DNA of 63,659 nucleotides, filler included, from Bigelowiella natans CCMP2755 (Eukaryota > Protista > Cercozoa), in NCBI GenBank assembly GCA_000320545.1. It is 7 parts of 7 records of this genome, joined end to end, with 100 filler letters (N's around TTAATTAATTAA, not from the genome) between each part and the next. Parts side by side here need not be neighbours in the genome. Positions count along the whole stretch, not along the records: positions 39,287 to 44,986 come from ADNK01000177.1; positions 45,087 to 61,959 come from ADNK01003567.1; 5 more parts are not named here. One strand, given 5' to 3'. The translations under genes and the position numbers were made by a program. Positions 39,478 to 50,907 of this stretch are shown one piece after another (within the stretch, counting starts at the first letter, position 1; each line of letters opens with the position of its first letter). A model generated the notes under the pieces. It was not told the origin of the DNA and made no database searches. It saw only the letters and a list, made by a program, of their open reading frames with translations.

Positions 39478-39523
39478 TGTATACCTATTTAACGACGCTC
39501 CTGCTTGCTACCTTGTTATGCAG

Positions 39524-39682
39524 CTGCCAACGGTGTGGGACGTCCAATCGCTCGCATGGCACAAACTGGTGAATGAGCTCCAGCAGAGCTACGCGCACAT
39601 CGACTACCTAGAGAATCAGCTGGCCAAAGAGCACCAGAACGGCAGGTGCTATTCTACATGGATATCCCCGCTATCTTTGCTC

Positions 39683-39719
<37 letters not shown>

Positions 39720-39950
39720 GTGTGAAAGCTCATCGAGACGACGATGATAGTCCTTATATATCCCCGCGCCCACTACTACTACTACAACTACTCCTACTCC
39801 TACTTCTCCAGGTTATTCTCTCTGATATCGAAGCTTGGGTTCATCACGGAGCGGCCAGAGCATAGAAACGACCCGAAATGGAGCGAGACCGGAGACCGCT
39901 ACCTCGTGAAGCTCTTCCGCGACAGCGTCTTTCACAGCGTCGATGAGGTT

Positions 39951-39981
<31 letters not shown>

Positions 39982-40023
39982 ACGAAGAAGAGGAGGAGGA
40001 GGAGCCCCCCAATTTCCCAAAGT

Positions 40024-40069
<46 letters not shown>

Positions 40070-40424
40070 CGACCCATGACTGACACGCAACACACTGTCG
40101 CACAACAGGGAGGGAGGCCTCAGATCGACCTCGGGCACGTCATCAACTGCCTTAACAAGCTCGATGCAGCGAGCGTGGAGAAAACCCTCCTCACCAGCAG
40201 GAACCAGGACTCGCTCCTCGTGGTCAGGTAATATATGTTGCGGTAGCGCTACCATCTTCTAACAGCAATCGTCCCCCTTCGCGGGCCTTTTTTCCATGAG
40301 TTATCTTATGCCCTGTTTTTTGTCCGCGTGGCGTGGGTGCAGCTACAAAGAGCTTAACAGATGTGTGCGCTCGGCGTTTGAGGAGCTGCTTCGGGCCTCG
40401 GAATCCAAGACTGCTACTTCCTAG
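39524..40424 (+). CDS. PAN3: PAN3 deadenylase subunit, C-terminal exons
   Basis: Reads [12 protein letters not shown]|[45 protein letters not shown]|[40 protein letters not shown]|[15 protein letters not shown]. Confidence 0.93.
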
Positions 40425-40861
40425 CAGCCTCAAAGCTCGTCGTCGCTTCTGCGCATTTCCCAACATGGGCGGCCGCACCTCGCCATCTCGCTGCTCAGAG
40501 CGAATTCGGCAGCAGATGTGCAGTGGAGTGTGTGCGTGTGCGTGTGCGTGTGCGTGTGCGTGTGCGTGTGTGTGCGTGTGCGTGTGCGTGCGTGCTATAC
40601 CTGTAACAGGAGCTTGGTCGTTGTATACTAAGAAATTAATCATGCTCTCACTGTGTCTAAGTGTCTTCACAATTCATATAATAAATATCTTAATATACAG
40701 TTATGCATGTACACACGGCGTAGCTACGCTTCATTGTGCTTGCTACCGCAATCGTATTTGTTTTGTAATAGCGTATAGACGCATGCTTCTTTCCTATGCT
40801 CGATCACGCATACATAGCCCGACCTACCAGCTACTCTTACACGGCTTGCTGCTATCTAGCT

Positions 40862-40921
40862 ATGTGAGACGGATGTAATGAAAATGCTACATTTTTTCAA
40901 TTGTCATCCTAATGTAGCTAC
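40862..40921 (+). repeat. Dispersed 3'-spacer repeat, copy 4
   Basis: atgtgagacggatgtaatgaaaatgctacattttttcaattgtcatcctaatgtagcta. Confidence 0.85.
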
Positions 40922-41445
40922 GCGCGCAGAGCTATATGCTAGCATGTATGTCTGGCTATGAACAGCTATGACTACTATGACTACGTCACTATTACGTGAC
41001 TGTCTTACGTCTTACATTGGCATTGCAAATTCATACCCAATCAGCACTATATAACAAGCATGTGCCTCGACGATCGCGCATGCACTACTCTAGTACCACA
41101 ACCATATTATGCGCGTTTGGGCTAATAATATGTTCGTATATTATAAATATAGCAGATTCCTTCTGTCTATTATATGGCGCTTAGCATCCATGCATTGGGA
41201 CTGCTGCGGCACCCACGCCTCATCTAATGCTGGCATCACAATTGTGGCTCAAATTCCTGCATGGCCGCATGGTGTGTGTTTTGGTCTACATTTAAGTGTA
41301 TTAGTAAAGAATTTTAAAAGCATGCTCCAGCTAGTAGACGAACCTTGTCAGGATGATTCGTAAATGCAGCTCAAACTACGCCCGAAGTTGCACTTTCCAC
41401 ACATTTGAGTTTGCAACGATATCATTGTCATTCGTTCGCGATTCT

Positions 41446-42840
41446 TCAAGGCGACGCCTTCTTCTTCTGTCCCAATTCAGCAAGTTCCTCTAGGCATCTT
41501 ACTAGGTAGTCGTAGTCAGGTTTGTCCTCGTACTTCAGTGTGTGGAGATGCCGCATGAAGTTTTGGAGGGGGCGCTGCAGCTGGTCGTCTCCCGGAATCT
41601 TGCCGTCCCCGCAGTATTTCAGCTTCTTGTTAAAGGCGCCGATGCGATCTTTTTGGATGGCACACTGCCTCCAGGGCAAGCCCCCGTTGATGCAGTCGGT
41701 GATGACGTACAGCAATGACCAGAGATCGTCGCGTCGGCCAAGTTCCTTCTCCCTGTGGGCGTTGAGGCTCGCGTAAAGGGATGTGCCTTTCAGAGGGACC
41801 TTCGATCTCGGTTTCTCCACCTTACCGTCTTTGATGTGCCGTTTGCAGAGCCCAAAGTCCACGATCACGCAGGCGAATTTGTCTGGGCGAAACGGAAGCA
41901 TGAAGTTGGATGGCTTGATGTCGCGGTGTAGGTAGCCCAGCTCGTGCACCGACTGGAGCGCCCGCAGCATATTCGCTGCGTACTTGCCCCCTTCATACTG
42001 CGGTATCTTCTGGTCTTTCTGCTTCTTCCTGTACTCGGAAACGTTCATGGAGCATAGCTCCATGCAGATGAACAACCCCGAGCCTTCTACCTTGCCCGGC
42101 AGTTTTCCGGAGCCGAGGTAGCTGCACACGTGGGTCGCCTTGCTCTGCAGCTCCTTCAGGATGTCCAACTCCTTTGGCAGCATGTCGTGCTTTGTGCCTA
42201 ACTTCTCGACCTTGATCGCAGCCTTCATTGATGTCTCCTTGCACACCACTTTGTAGATCTCGCTGAAGGTTCCCTGGCCGATGAAGTCCTTCACCTCCCA
42301 CAGCTTGCCTCCCTTATGGGACTCGTCGCACTTGATGATAAGCCCCGTCGGAAGGGACCTATGGTGATACCGAGGCCGCTTGTCGGCCTCGCTCGTATTC
42401 ATTGATGCCGACGATTGCCTCTTCAGAGACGTCGATGCCTGCCTTTTGCGTGACGAGGAGGATGCATGCCTATGTTCCTCGAAGGTGAAGGTGACCTTCT
42501 TCTTGTCCAGGGAAATGCTGTCCTTATGGCGGAGGACGAAGAACTTATCGCGCTGAATCATCTTATAGTTCAGGTAGGCGAGGTTGTGCGGGCGCTGACT
42601 AAGCAGGGACACGACGGCCTGCACCTCGCCGCTGCGCTTTGTTAGCTTCGTGATCATCACATGTTTTCCCGAAACCTTTTTGTTTTTCACGACGACATCG
42701 CACTGAGAATGCCGTCCGATAATAATATTCGCCTTGGTCAATTCCGTGACATCATGGGTGCTAGTGTCCGCACCATCGCTGGATCTGTCCCTTCTCCTAA
42801 GAATACCCCAAGCTCCCTTCTTGCCGCCATTCACCTTCAT
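41446..42840 (-). CDS. FHA domain fused to a tau-tubulin kinase / CK1-family kinase; intronless, 464 aa
   Basis: FHA motif IIIGRHSQCDVVV.NKKVSGKH. Kinase motifs IGQGTFSEIY, AAIKVE, YLHRDIKPSNF, DFGL and GTSLYASLNAHREKELGRRDDLWSL (TTBK/CK1 signature). Confidence 0.9.
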   Translation of the reverse strand: MKVNGGKKGAWGILRRRDRSSDGADTSTHDVTELTKANIIIGRHSQCDVVVKNKKVSGKHVMITKLTKRSGEVQAVVSLLSQRPHNLAYLNYKMIQRDKFFVLRHKDSISLDKKKVTFTFEEHRHASSSSRKRQASTSLKRQSSASMNTSEADKRPRYHHRSLPTGLIIKCDESHKGGKLWEVKDFIGQGTFSEIYKVVCKETSMKAAIKVEKLGTKHDMLPKELDILKELQSKATHVCSYLGSGKLPGKVEGSGLFICMELCSMNVSEYRKKQKDQKIPQYEGGKYAANMLRALQSVHELGYLHRDIKPSNFMLPFRPDKFACVIVDFGLCKRHIKDGKVEKPRSKVPLKGTSLYASLNAHREKELGRRDDLWSLLYVITDCINGGLPWRQCAIQKDRIGAFNKKLKYCGDGKIPGDDQLQRPLQNFMRHLHTLKYEDKPDYDYLVRCLEELAELGQKKKASP

Positions 42841-43570
42841 TGCCCTCAGATTTTGAGGATGTTGAGCCTACTACTCGACAGTGTATGACCACCGGTTTGA
42901 AAAATGACTGGCTAATCTCCGTTAAAATATTCCACAAGCCCCTCGCGCGGGGGGGTGATGCTGCTTCTGCGGCGAGCCTGGGGAGGGACGCTTGGGGAGC
43001 TGGATTTGTAATTTTATTTTTGTCAATAGCGGAATTCGGATAAAACTCATGCGTTTATTGCCTACGACAATGATAAACCCTTGTAAATGAGCTGTATACC
43101 CTTGACGCCCATTTATTTGTCGTGATGTTGTTGGATAATCTTCGCTTTGATTCCTCGGACGCTGCTTTCGCGACAACCAAATTGGTTGGAGTTTCTCCCC
43201 TGCGACAACATTCGTTTCCGGTCCAAGGGGCGAGATCTTGAGCATGTCGCAGCGCATGGGCCTCCCGTTGCGACCCTGAAACTTCAGAAAAATAAGTTCT
43301 GAACTAGCCAAACGAAAACACAGAGGATTACCGATGCGGCGACATGATATTTTAGCTGCCGCAAAGGATAAATATCGTGCATTTTGGTCCGTTTTCAAAG
43401 CAAAACGAATAGGAGTCGAGCGGAGAAAGGCTTCGAGCAAAGAAGCACCACCTCCCTTCCGAACAATCCGAAAGCTTGCACGGCAGGCTTAGCAGCCCGG
43501 GGCCAACGTAATCAGTACCTAATGGGCGGTAGGTGATGATGCGCAATCGCTTCACCCATTGTTCATCCCA

Positions 43571-44196
43571 ATGACGACGGCAGTACTAGGTCTAAGGCCT
43601 CGTGCGGTTGCTGCTACTTCGAGCAAATCACGATGCGGCAGCCGAGCCACCAGATTTGCCGTGGTATTGATTATGGTGACGCTGTCTCTCCTGGCCCAAG
43701 TGGGAGGAGGATCATGGAGACCAACCCGAACGCACAGCTGTGGACGCGCTCACGTCCCGCAGCAGCGGAAGGTTTGTGGAGGGAACACACCACAGAGAGG
43801 GGGTTTGAGAAGCAAACTCCAAAGAGAGGGGGGTGCAGGCGTGTTTGTTTACGGAGCGCGACTATGGTATATTCAATTCTCAGCACTTGTCCTCCTGGGA
43901 ATGGGAAGAAGAAGATGAAGAAATGGCTGGCGCATTCGGATCCGCGCCTCCCGGAAACGAATGGGCATCAGAGCTGCCGCGCAGCAGCGACGTCAACGTG
44001 CTGTTCCTTGGCACGGCTTCGCAACGACCCACGGTCTAAAGATATCACTTTCGAATAAACACACTGACACACACACACACACACACACTGACACACACAC
44101 TGACACTGTTTGTGAACGAAGATACATAACTCTCGAACGCGCGCTGTAAAAGATAGAAAAAGTATGCCTGCCTCGAAAGCAGACAAATATACATAA

Positions 44197-44229
<33 letters not shown>

Positions 44230-44722
44230 GCTCTGCTTCGTTCCTTCTTTAACACTGCTCCTAAATACTTAGCCCGCACGAGCGTGCTGCAGTGTTGCGG
44301 TTTCCGTGGCTAGGACAAGGGGCACCTCTACGGTAGGAAGAAAGCAGCAAACGAAGCGTGGAATCGATGTGTCGATAGTCGATGCCGGTCCTGGAGTTCA
44401 GGTTATTATCATATCAAGCTGTTTCACTGCAGGATGGAGTTTTGTACATCCGCCTCATCATTTCAATCTCCCCCCCCCCCCCCCCTCTCCCTCTCTGTGG
44501 TGATATGCTATGCTGCTACCACAGCTCTCTCTGCAAAAATCCCAAATTCATCCAAAGGTTCCGCATGGGAGGGGGGGGGGGGAGGCCTCTCGCGTGTAGA
44601 GTATTATTTCACATATGCTTTATTCCGATTACATACACCCTCGTTTTGGTGCTGATTCTCCGCATGCACTCAGCGCGTTAACCGAATACTGCTTTCCAGC
44701 TTGAATGGCGACCGTGTGCTCG
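43571..44722 (+). CDS. RNase Z (ELAC1/tRNase ZS)-like protein with a bipartite leader and a degenerate metal-binding motif; 3' part interrupted by the gap
   Basis: Leader ...RFAVVLIMVTLSLLAQV followed by an R/S/G-rich stretch. Then DVNVLFLGTASQRPT|RTRGTST...IVDAGPGVQ|LSLQKSQIHPK|RVNRILLSSLNGDRVLG, which is colinear with RNase Z (FLGT...P...R, DxGxGxQ, KIFITHLHGDH.xG). Confidence 0.8.
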
Positions 44723-44736
44723 GTAGTAGTTGAGAA

Positions 44737-44773
<37 letters not shown>

Positions 44774-47690
44774 TTGTTAAATGTGCATGGATGTGTGTGT
44801 GCACCTGAGAATTATTGCTGTTTCTTTCGGCTTCGGAAGAGAGGAACATCGAGTGAGAGAGTTACTCTCCACTATCAACCCTTTTACATACGAAACTGCC
44901 GCTGCTGCTGCTGCTGCTGCTATTACAACGAGAACTTGTCGAATGTTGCCATTCCTTTCACTACATCCTGCTACTTAACCCCACAANNNNNNNNNNNNNN
45001 NNNNNNNNNNNNNNNNNNNNNNNNNNNNNNTTAATTAATTAANNNNNNNNNNNNNNNNNNNNNNNNNNNNNNNNNNNNNNNNNNNNTCATCATCATCATC
45101 ATCGTCACTGGCACCTGCGTAAGTCGATCCCGTGCCGATGAGGAGGTAATCAAATGGGACCTCCTAGTTAGTTGAGTTTAGCAGTAGCAATATGTTTCTC
45201 CGTTTCGAATCAGTGCTCAGCCCCCCCCCCCCCCCCACCACACACATTCGTTGTAAGATGTTATACATTTACATATATGCAAAGCGATTATGGGGGGCTG
45301 CATCTCATAAATGGCAGCATGACGCATAATGTATACTCAGTGTAGGCTATCATTATATCATTCTCATCATCAGCATCAATACAGAAAGCAGGCAACAATA
45401 CAACACTCTTGACCGTTTCTTGCTGATTTGTTGTGGAGAGCACACGAAGTGACCTTCGATCCGCAGTCAATCCTGCGTGCGCGTAAATACGATGATTGCT
45501 ATCTGCACGACACCTACTTCTTCTTTTTCTCCTTCTTCTTTTGCAACGTCATCATGCATCTCATCATGGTAAAAGTGGCTTCGTTGCGTGAGTACACACT
45601 ACTCACGTCTTCTGCTCTACCTATGGCCTCGCCGCAGAGAAACTTGTTTCTTCGACGGGGGATCGCTCCAGAAATCCTTTTTTTTTTGGAAGTTGGTTGT
45701 ATTAAATGCCCGGTGGTAACACAAGACATCATAGCTACCGTCACCATCATCTCGATCGTTAGCATCATCATCATCATCATCGTCCTTATCATCATCATCA
45801 TCGTCATCATAATCCTAGTAAGGCAAGATGCTCGATCAGTATCGTGATGGATGATCTCTCCACCTCTTAAAATGACCAGGTTCTACAAATGCTCGCAACA
45901 CTCCAGGAGTGTATTCAAAGTATCTGCAAAAAAAGGTATATGTTATCTTCAACGGCAGCAGAGAGCAGGCGCGGCAGTAGGAAGAAAGGAGGAGCGATCG
46001 ATCACGTAAGGGTATAAACATAGGCCGAGGTAAAGACGGAGAATAGGTCGCAGGAGCTATACGGAACGTACTCTTTAAAATCCACCACAGTCACATCGAA
46101 ATCCTACAATAATTGCACTCTGGATCAGATGTATCGAAGAGGAATTCTCTTGGCAGCTAAGCGGTTGCCACTGCTGTACGGCATAGAAAGACAGACGACC
46201 AGTGATTCTGGAACGATCTTTTTTTCAAAAAAGGAAAATCTAATCAAAGGGGGGAGAAGCGGCGCTGTTTGTCCCCCTGCGATGACGCCACTCGGTAGTA
46301 TGGCAGGACAAACGTCACCCGTTAGCACCTCCGAATAATAGATATCTTGTAACGCTCCTCTACTACAACTGCTACTCCCACTTTTTTCTACCGACATTGC
46401 AGAGGTTTCGTTGGGACCAAAGTCCAGCGAATGAAGCTCCAACGATGACCACCTTCTTTCGCTTGTCAACAGCAGAGTCCCTTCTCCTCCCACCCAGCGC
46501 TTTCACATCAGACAGTGCATTGTTACATCGTGTCGAGGAGGCGACAGGCTTTTCACATGCTGCATGCGATAGCAGTACCCTTACAGCCGGAATCTAGTGC
46601 GCTTCCCGCAAAGTGGACGCCTCTCAGTATGCCATCCACAAGCAAAAGGACCCCTTGGGCCAGTGTCGTAGAAACCTGAAGCACAGCGTTGTTCGTCGCT
46701 CCTCTTTCTTCTCGTTCTTCGCCGTAAATACACCACAAAGCACCCAAACCCATGATTGTAACCAAAGCGCAGACCTGGAAGAATGTATCTGTCATCAACC
46801 TCCTCCAGCAGATTGCAGTATGGGCCTGAATGAATGCCTTGGTTGGCCGATGAGTCGGGAGCGTGAGGAGAGGTCAGCCTCGAGAAGAAAATAGAACCCC
46901 GAACCTCGAGAGATTCTCGAACCATTCCGACGATTTCATTGGATTCCGGGACTCATTTTCTACTCTCGGAACCCAAAATGTCAAGGAATGCGTTCTTTGT
47001 TGAATTCCTTGTCGCTGCAACTACTATCTAAAATCAAAATTAAGCCGTTTCTGTCATAAGTTGCCTCATTTTCTCAGGATTTATCTACATTATTGCTTGT
47101 CCTTCCTTCTATGCGACAAGGCCGTCAATGCTGCTTGGCTTATTTAAAACTTTAAGGTAGGGAATTTCCCGATTGTAATGCTGCTTTATGCATTCTTCGG
47201 GCCTCTGACTGGGCAGTTGCCACCTGGATACTTTCCGTGCTTTTCCACCTAAACAAAATAAATTTTGTATCCGTTACTACCACAAAATTTGTATAAATCC
47301 CCGGCACTATCATGTTATCCGACTCTTTTCCTGCCTTTTCCGAGGTAGAGATCAGGCGATCACAGGCTTAAATGCATGTTGAAAAAAAATTACAACATCA
47401 AGAATATATTGTCGTATTTCAATTTTACATATTTTTGTGTCAAGGCTTTGGTTAAGATCTTGGGTAAACGGTAGCTCAACTACTAAGTGAACGAACTACA
47501 CATAAATATGAAATACGACATGAATATTATTAAATCTTTTATGTATTTAGACAGCCAGAATGTCCCTTCTTTAATTCATAAAATCTTAAAGGTTCTGCTC
47601 TCTCTTAACACCAACGCCTCAACGCCCCGAACACGTACTGTTGTGTAACCTGGTATCTCAGAGAGTCTAGATTGTGGACATATAACTAGC

Positions 47691-49582
47691 ATGTCTCCAC
47701 GAGGATTGATCAATTTGAGCTCCCGCTTCACCGAGAACAAAGGCGGCACAAAGGCGGATGCGGATGATGATCTCAACGTGTGCTGTGGTTTGATTACTTC
47801 TTTTTATCAACGACCCCGGTTTGCTGACCTTTCTCATGTATCACAGGAATTCTTCACCAAAAAAGTCAAAAATCACTGCTAGGTAGACACAAATGGAAGA
47901 AACGTTACTGCCGAATAGATACAAATCGCAACACGTTCGAGTTCTTCGCGAAGGAATCCGCAAAAAGGCAAGCCGCAATTATCCCGCTTTTAGCGATTGA
48001 TAAAGTTCACGAAGTCGCTCAAGGCAAAAAATGCAGCGACACTAGATTTAATATGAAGCTTTTGGGAGGCAGGACATTCTACCTCAAGGCGATATCCTCC
48101 GCCGAGAGACACCGATGGGTTTTATGCATCAAAGAGATCTTGAAGGTATGCAAAATGCATTCGTATACAGCACCACCCTTCATCAACGTCTATATCGCAT
48201 TTCCTCATTACATACTGATTACAGCGTAGATTAGCCCCCTTTGCTTCGATAGATATTGATACTTTGGAATATCTACGGTCCCCCCTCCATATAATCCTCC
48301 CCACAGAAAATAAAGTACAGTAGCATCATGGACAGATACAGAGAGAAGCAGTATTGGAATGTGGAGATTGCTCTCAAGCTGATGGCAGAGCTTGATGCTG
48401 AGAAAATTAGGCAGAAAAACGGCATCCACGGTATCCCCTAGTATGATGAAACAAGATGAATGCAGCATCTGCAGCTCATCAGTTGAGATCACCATTTCTA
48501 TTCCCACAGATTCGATCAATGAAAAAGAATACCTTGAGAATCAGCGGAGGTCCAACATAGTAAACGGGGTGAGAGAGAGGCTCATGCAGGAAATGCAAGA
48601 GTCTTCGACCTCACGGGCTCCTGCGACAAATGGAGCAGCATCCATAGTCTCCAAGGTGATTAAGACCATTAAGCATAGTCAGACTCCGATTAAAAGGGAA
48701 AACGTTGCAAAATCCAGTAGCGCGATGCCATTCATAGAGAAGCGAGAGCATACTACGTCATACAGTGCTGACACCCCCAAACGGTCTGCATTCACAAAAA
48801 TGGAGCAGCAGGACAAGCAGAAGGATTCACCGCATACTAATGCCAGCAGCAATCTCTACTTTCCCACCGCTAGTACAACAAGAATCTCTCTGAACACCAA
48901 AGAAGGGCCCGGGCACTTGAAACACACAGGGAAAGTGTCTCTGGCGACGACTGACAGCAAGATGCGCTTTCGCGCGCTTTCCGATCAGGCGGTCCCCACC
49001 TCGAATGACATCCTCGATTCGACAAGGAAGGAAGTGGCCCAGGGCAAAAGCACAGCTTGTAGGTTGCAATTAGATATCTCCTCAGCAAAACTCGACTCGG
49101 TGCTAGCCGATTGTGACCGCCTTGGCGATGACCATAAGATGGTTCGTATGTGGACGTCCTCATCATCTCCGACTGACCCTACTAAACCCAAGAACAACGG
49201 CAAAAATAATGAAGACAGCAACAGCAGAAGCAACAACAATGTAAGGAAGAATAATACGAATAATGATGGCTATGACAGTAAATTCAATAAAACTGGTGGG
49301 GTGGCGACGGAAGCTGCTGGAATCATATCTCGTCCAAACTCTGACATCGTAGTGAGCACCATCTCGCAGTCACCTAGGGGCTACTATTCAGACTGGATCA
49401 CTGATCCTGATAGCCTCATAGCCATAAATGATAACAACGGCGTTGTAGTAATAAGTGCAGGGACGATGAACGCGCACTGGTCATCGCCAGACGGTTCGTC
49501 GAGCACTAGACAAGGCTACTTCTCTGATGTCACATTGCCAGTGGCGAACAGTAGATATGTCTTTAGTGCGCCGATTGCATAA
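47691..49582 (+). CDS. PH-domain protein with a long S/T/N-rich disordered C-terminus
   Basis: Exon 47847-48146 reads GILHQKSQKSLLGRHKWKKRYCRI...GRTFYLKAISSAERHRWVLCIKEILK. It needs one single-base correction near 48055. The large terminal exon lies in ORF 48392-49582. Confidence 0.75.
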
Positions 49583-49680
49583 TTGTTTGTGGTAACATGA
49601 CGATTCAGGCTACTGTGATTCTCGTTCAGCACTAGAATGTGACGTGAATCCCCCCCCCCCCCCCCCCCCCCCTCTTTCTC

Positions 49681-50560
49681 TCTCCATCGCATGCTGGTGC
49701 AGAGCAGCATCGCACGCACCGGTCAGCTCAGCCTGCAGCTAGCACACAAAGCGCACATTGTTGCTGCCCACACTTCTGTTGCGTGCGCTCGCACGTGCGT
49801 TGAACACGCTGCGTCTGATGTCGATGTCAGACAGCAGCCTGTGATACACAGAGCACGTGCTAGCGTGGAGTGGGGCACAGAATCGAAAGATGGGCCGTTC
49901 ACCCATTTGCATTGCCACCTGCTCTAGTGCTAGCCTGTCTAGCTGTGGTGCATGCTAGCATGGCGGCCTGTCAGGCCAGGTCGATGGGCAGTGGTGTGGC
50001 GTTGGGTGCGTGCGAAGCGGACGACAGCTGTGATGTGCACAGACACACGCATGTGCAGTGCACGTCTAGACACTTGTGTGACACCACCACCAGCTAGCTA
50101 GCTAGACCAGCTAGCCAGCCAGCTAGCCAGCTTGTTGTGGTTGTTGTCACTTCGTTCTGTTTCTGCAAAGTGTTCCTTGCAGAACACCTTGTGTGCTTTT
50201 GTTTGCGTGTGCTCAAGTCCACACGTGTCCCCTGCCAGCCCTGCCGATGAACGTGGTGTGATGAGGTCGACATGACCACCCTGACGTGTGGTGTGACAAC
50301 AGACGGGTGAAAAAGCAGTGGGGGATGTGAAACCAACGATGATGACACTTCAATGAAGGACAACGAATGAATATCAACGTCGGAGACGGTGAAGACGACT
50401 AGAACAAGAAGGCGAGTCTGAAACACAAATGGCAACACTCACATGCTCTAGTCCAGTGGTGTTGTTTGCAGACAAGAGGAATCACTCAACTCAGGGGTTC
50501 TGAGAAAACCACACTTCAGAGGAAAAACAAGATCCCTCGCTCTGATCACACAGCGAGAAA
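49681..50560. other. TpA-depleted intergenic island (CTAG spared and clustered)
   Basis: Manual count: 16 TA in 880 nt, of which 14 are in CTAG (others GATAC and AATAT). TA resumes at about 50562. Confidence 0.9.
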
Positions 50561-50907
50561 TTAATTTCAAATATCAAGCTGACCTTAGTGCCTGTGAGTT
50601 TGGCCGCGTTGTTTTTGCCGAAACGACTTCGGTCATTCCATGCCGCACGTGCAGCATTCCCTCCCAGTCAAGGCAAAGATCTTCCGAGTTTCGGCTGCGA
50701 CAAAATAATTTTTGTCCCAAGGAAAAATTGAACACCCCTTCTAAGGAGAACGACAGAACAGAAAGATCTCCCCCGTTCTTGCTAAATGTGCCCAATGAAG
50801 ATGGATTTGCACCTGCGACTAGGAATTAGTAATGATAATGTGGGAAAACAGCCGCAGTTTGCCATGCCAATCTCGTCCATTTCAACTTAAAAGAAATAGA
50901 CGAGCAA

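Noticed and set aside
5150-43173. TCGCGA palindromes upstream of several start codons (5151, 36600, 43168)
   Set aside because: The hexamer also occurs in coding and other regions (for example about 2513, 54919 and 58906). There are too few cases to call it a promoter motif.
45087-46925. ORFs after the gap, possibly the RNase Z-like C-terminus or a separate minus-strand membrane gene
   Set aside because: I could not build a consistent exon chain or recognise a motif, so it is left unannotated.
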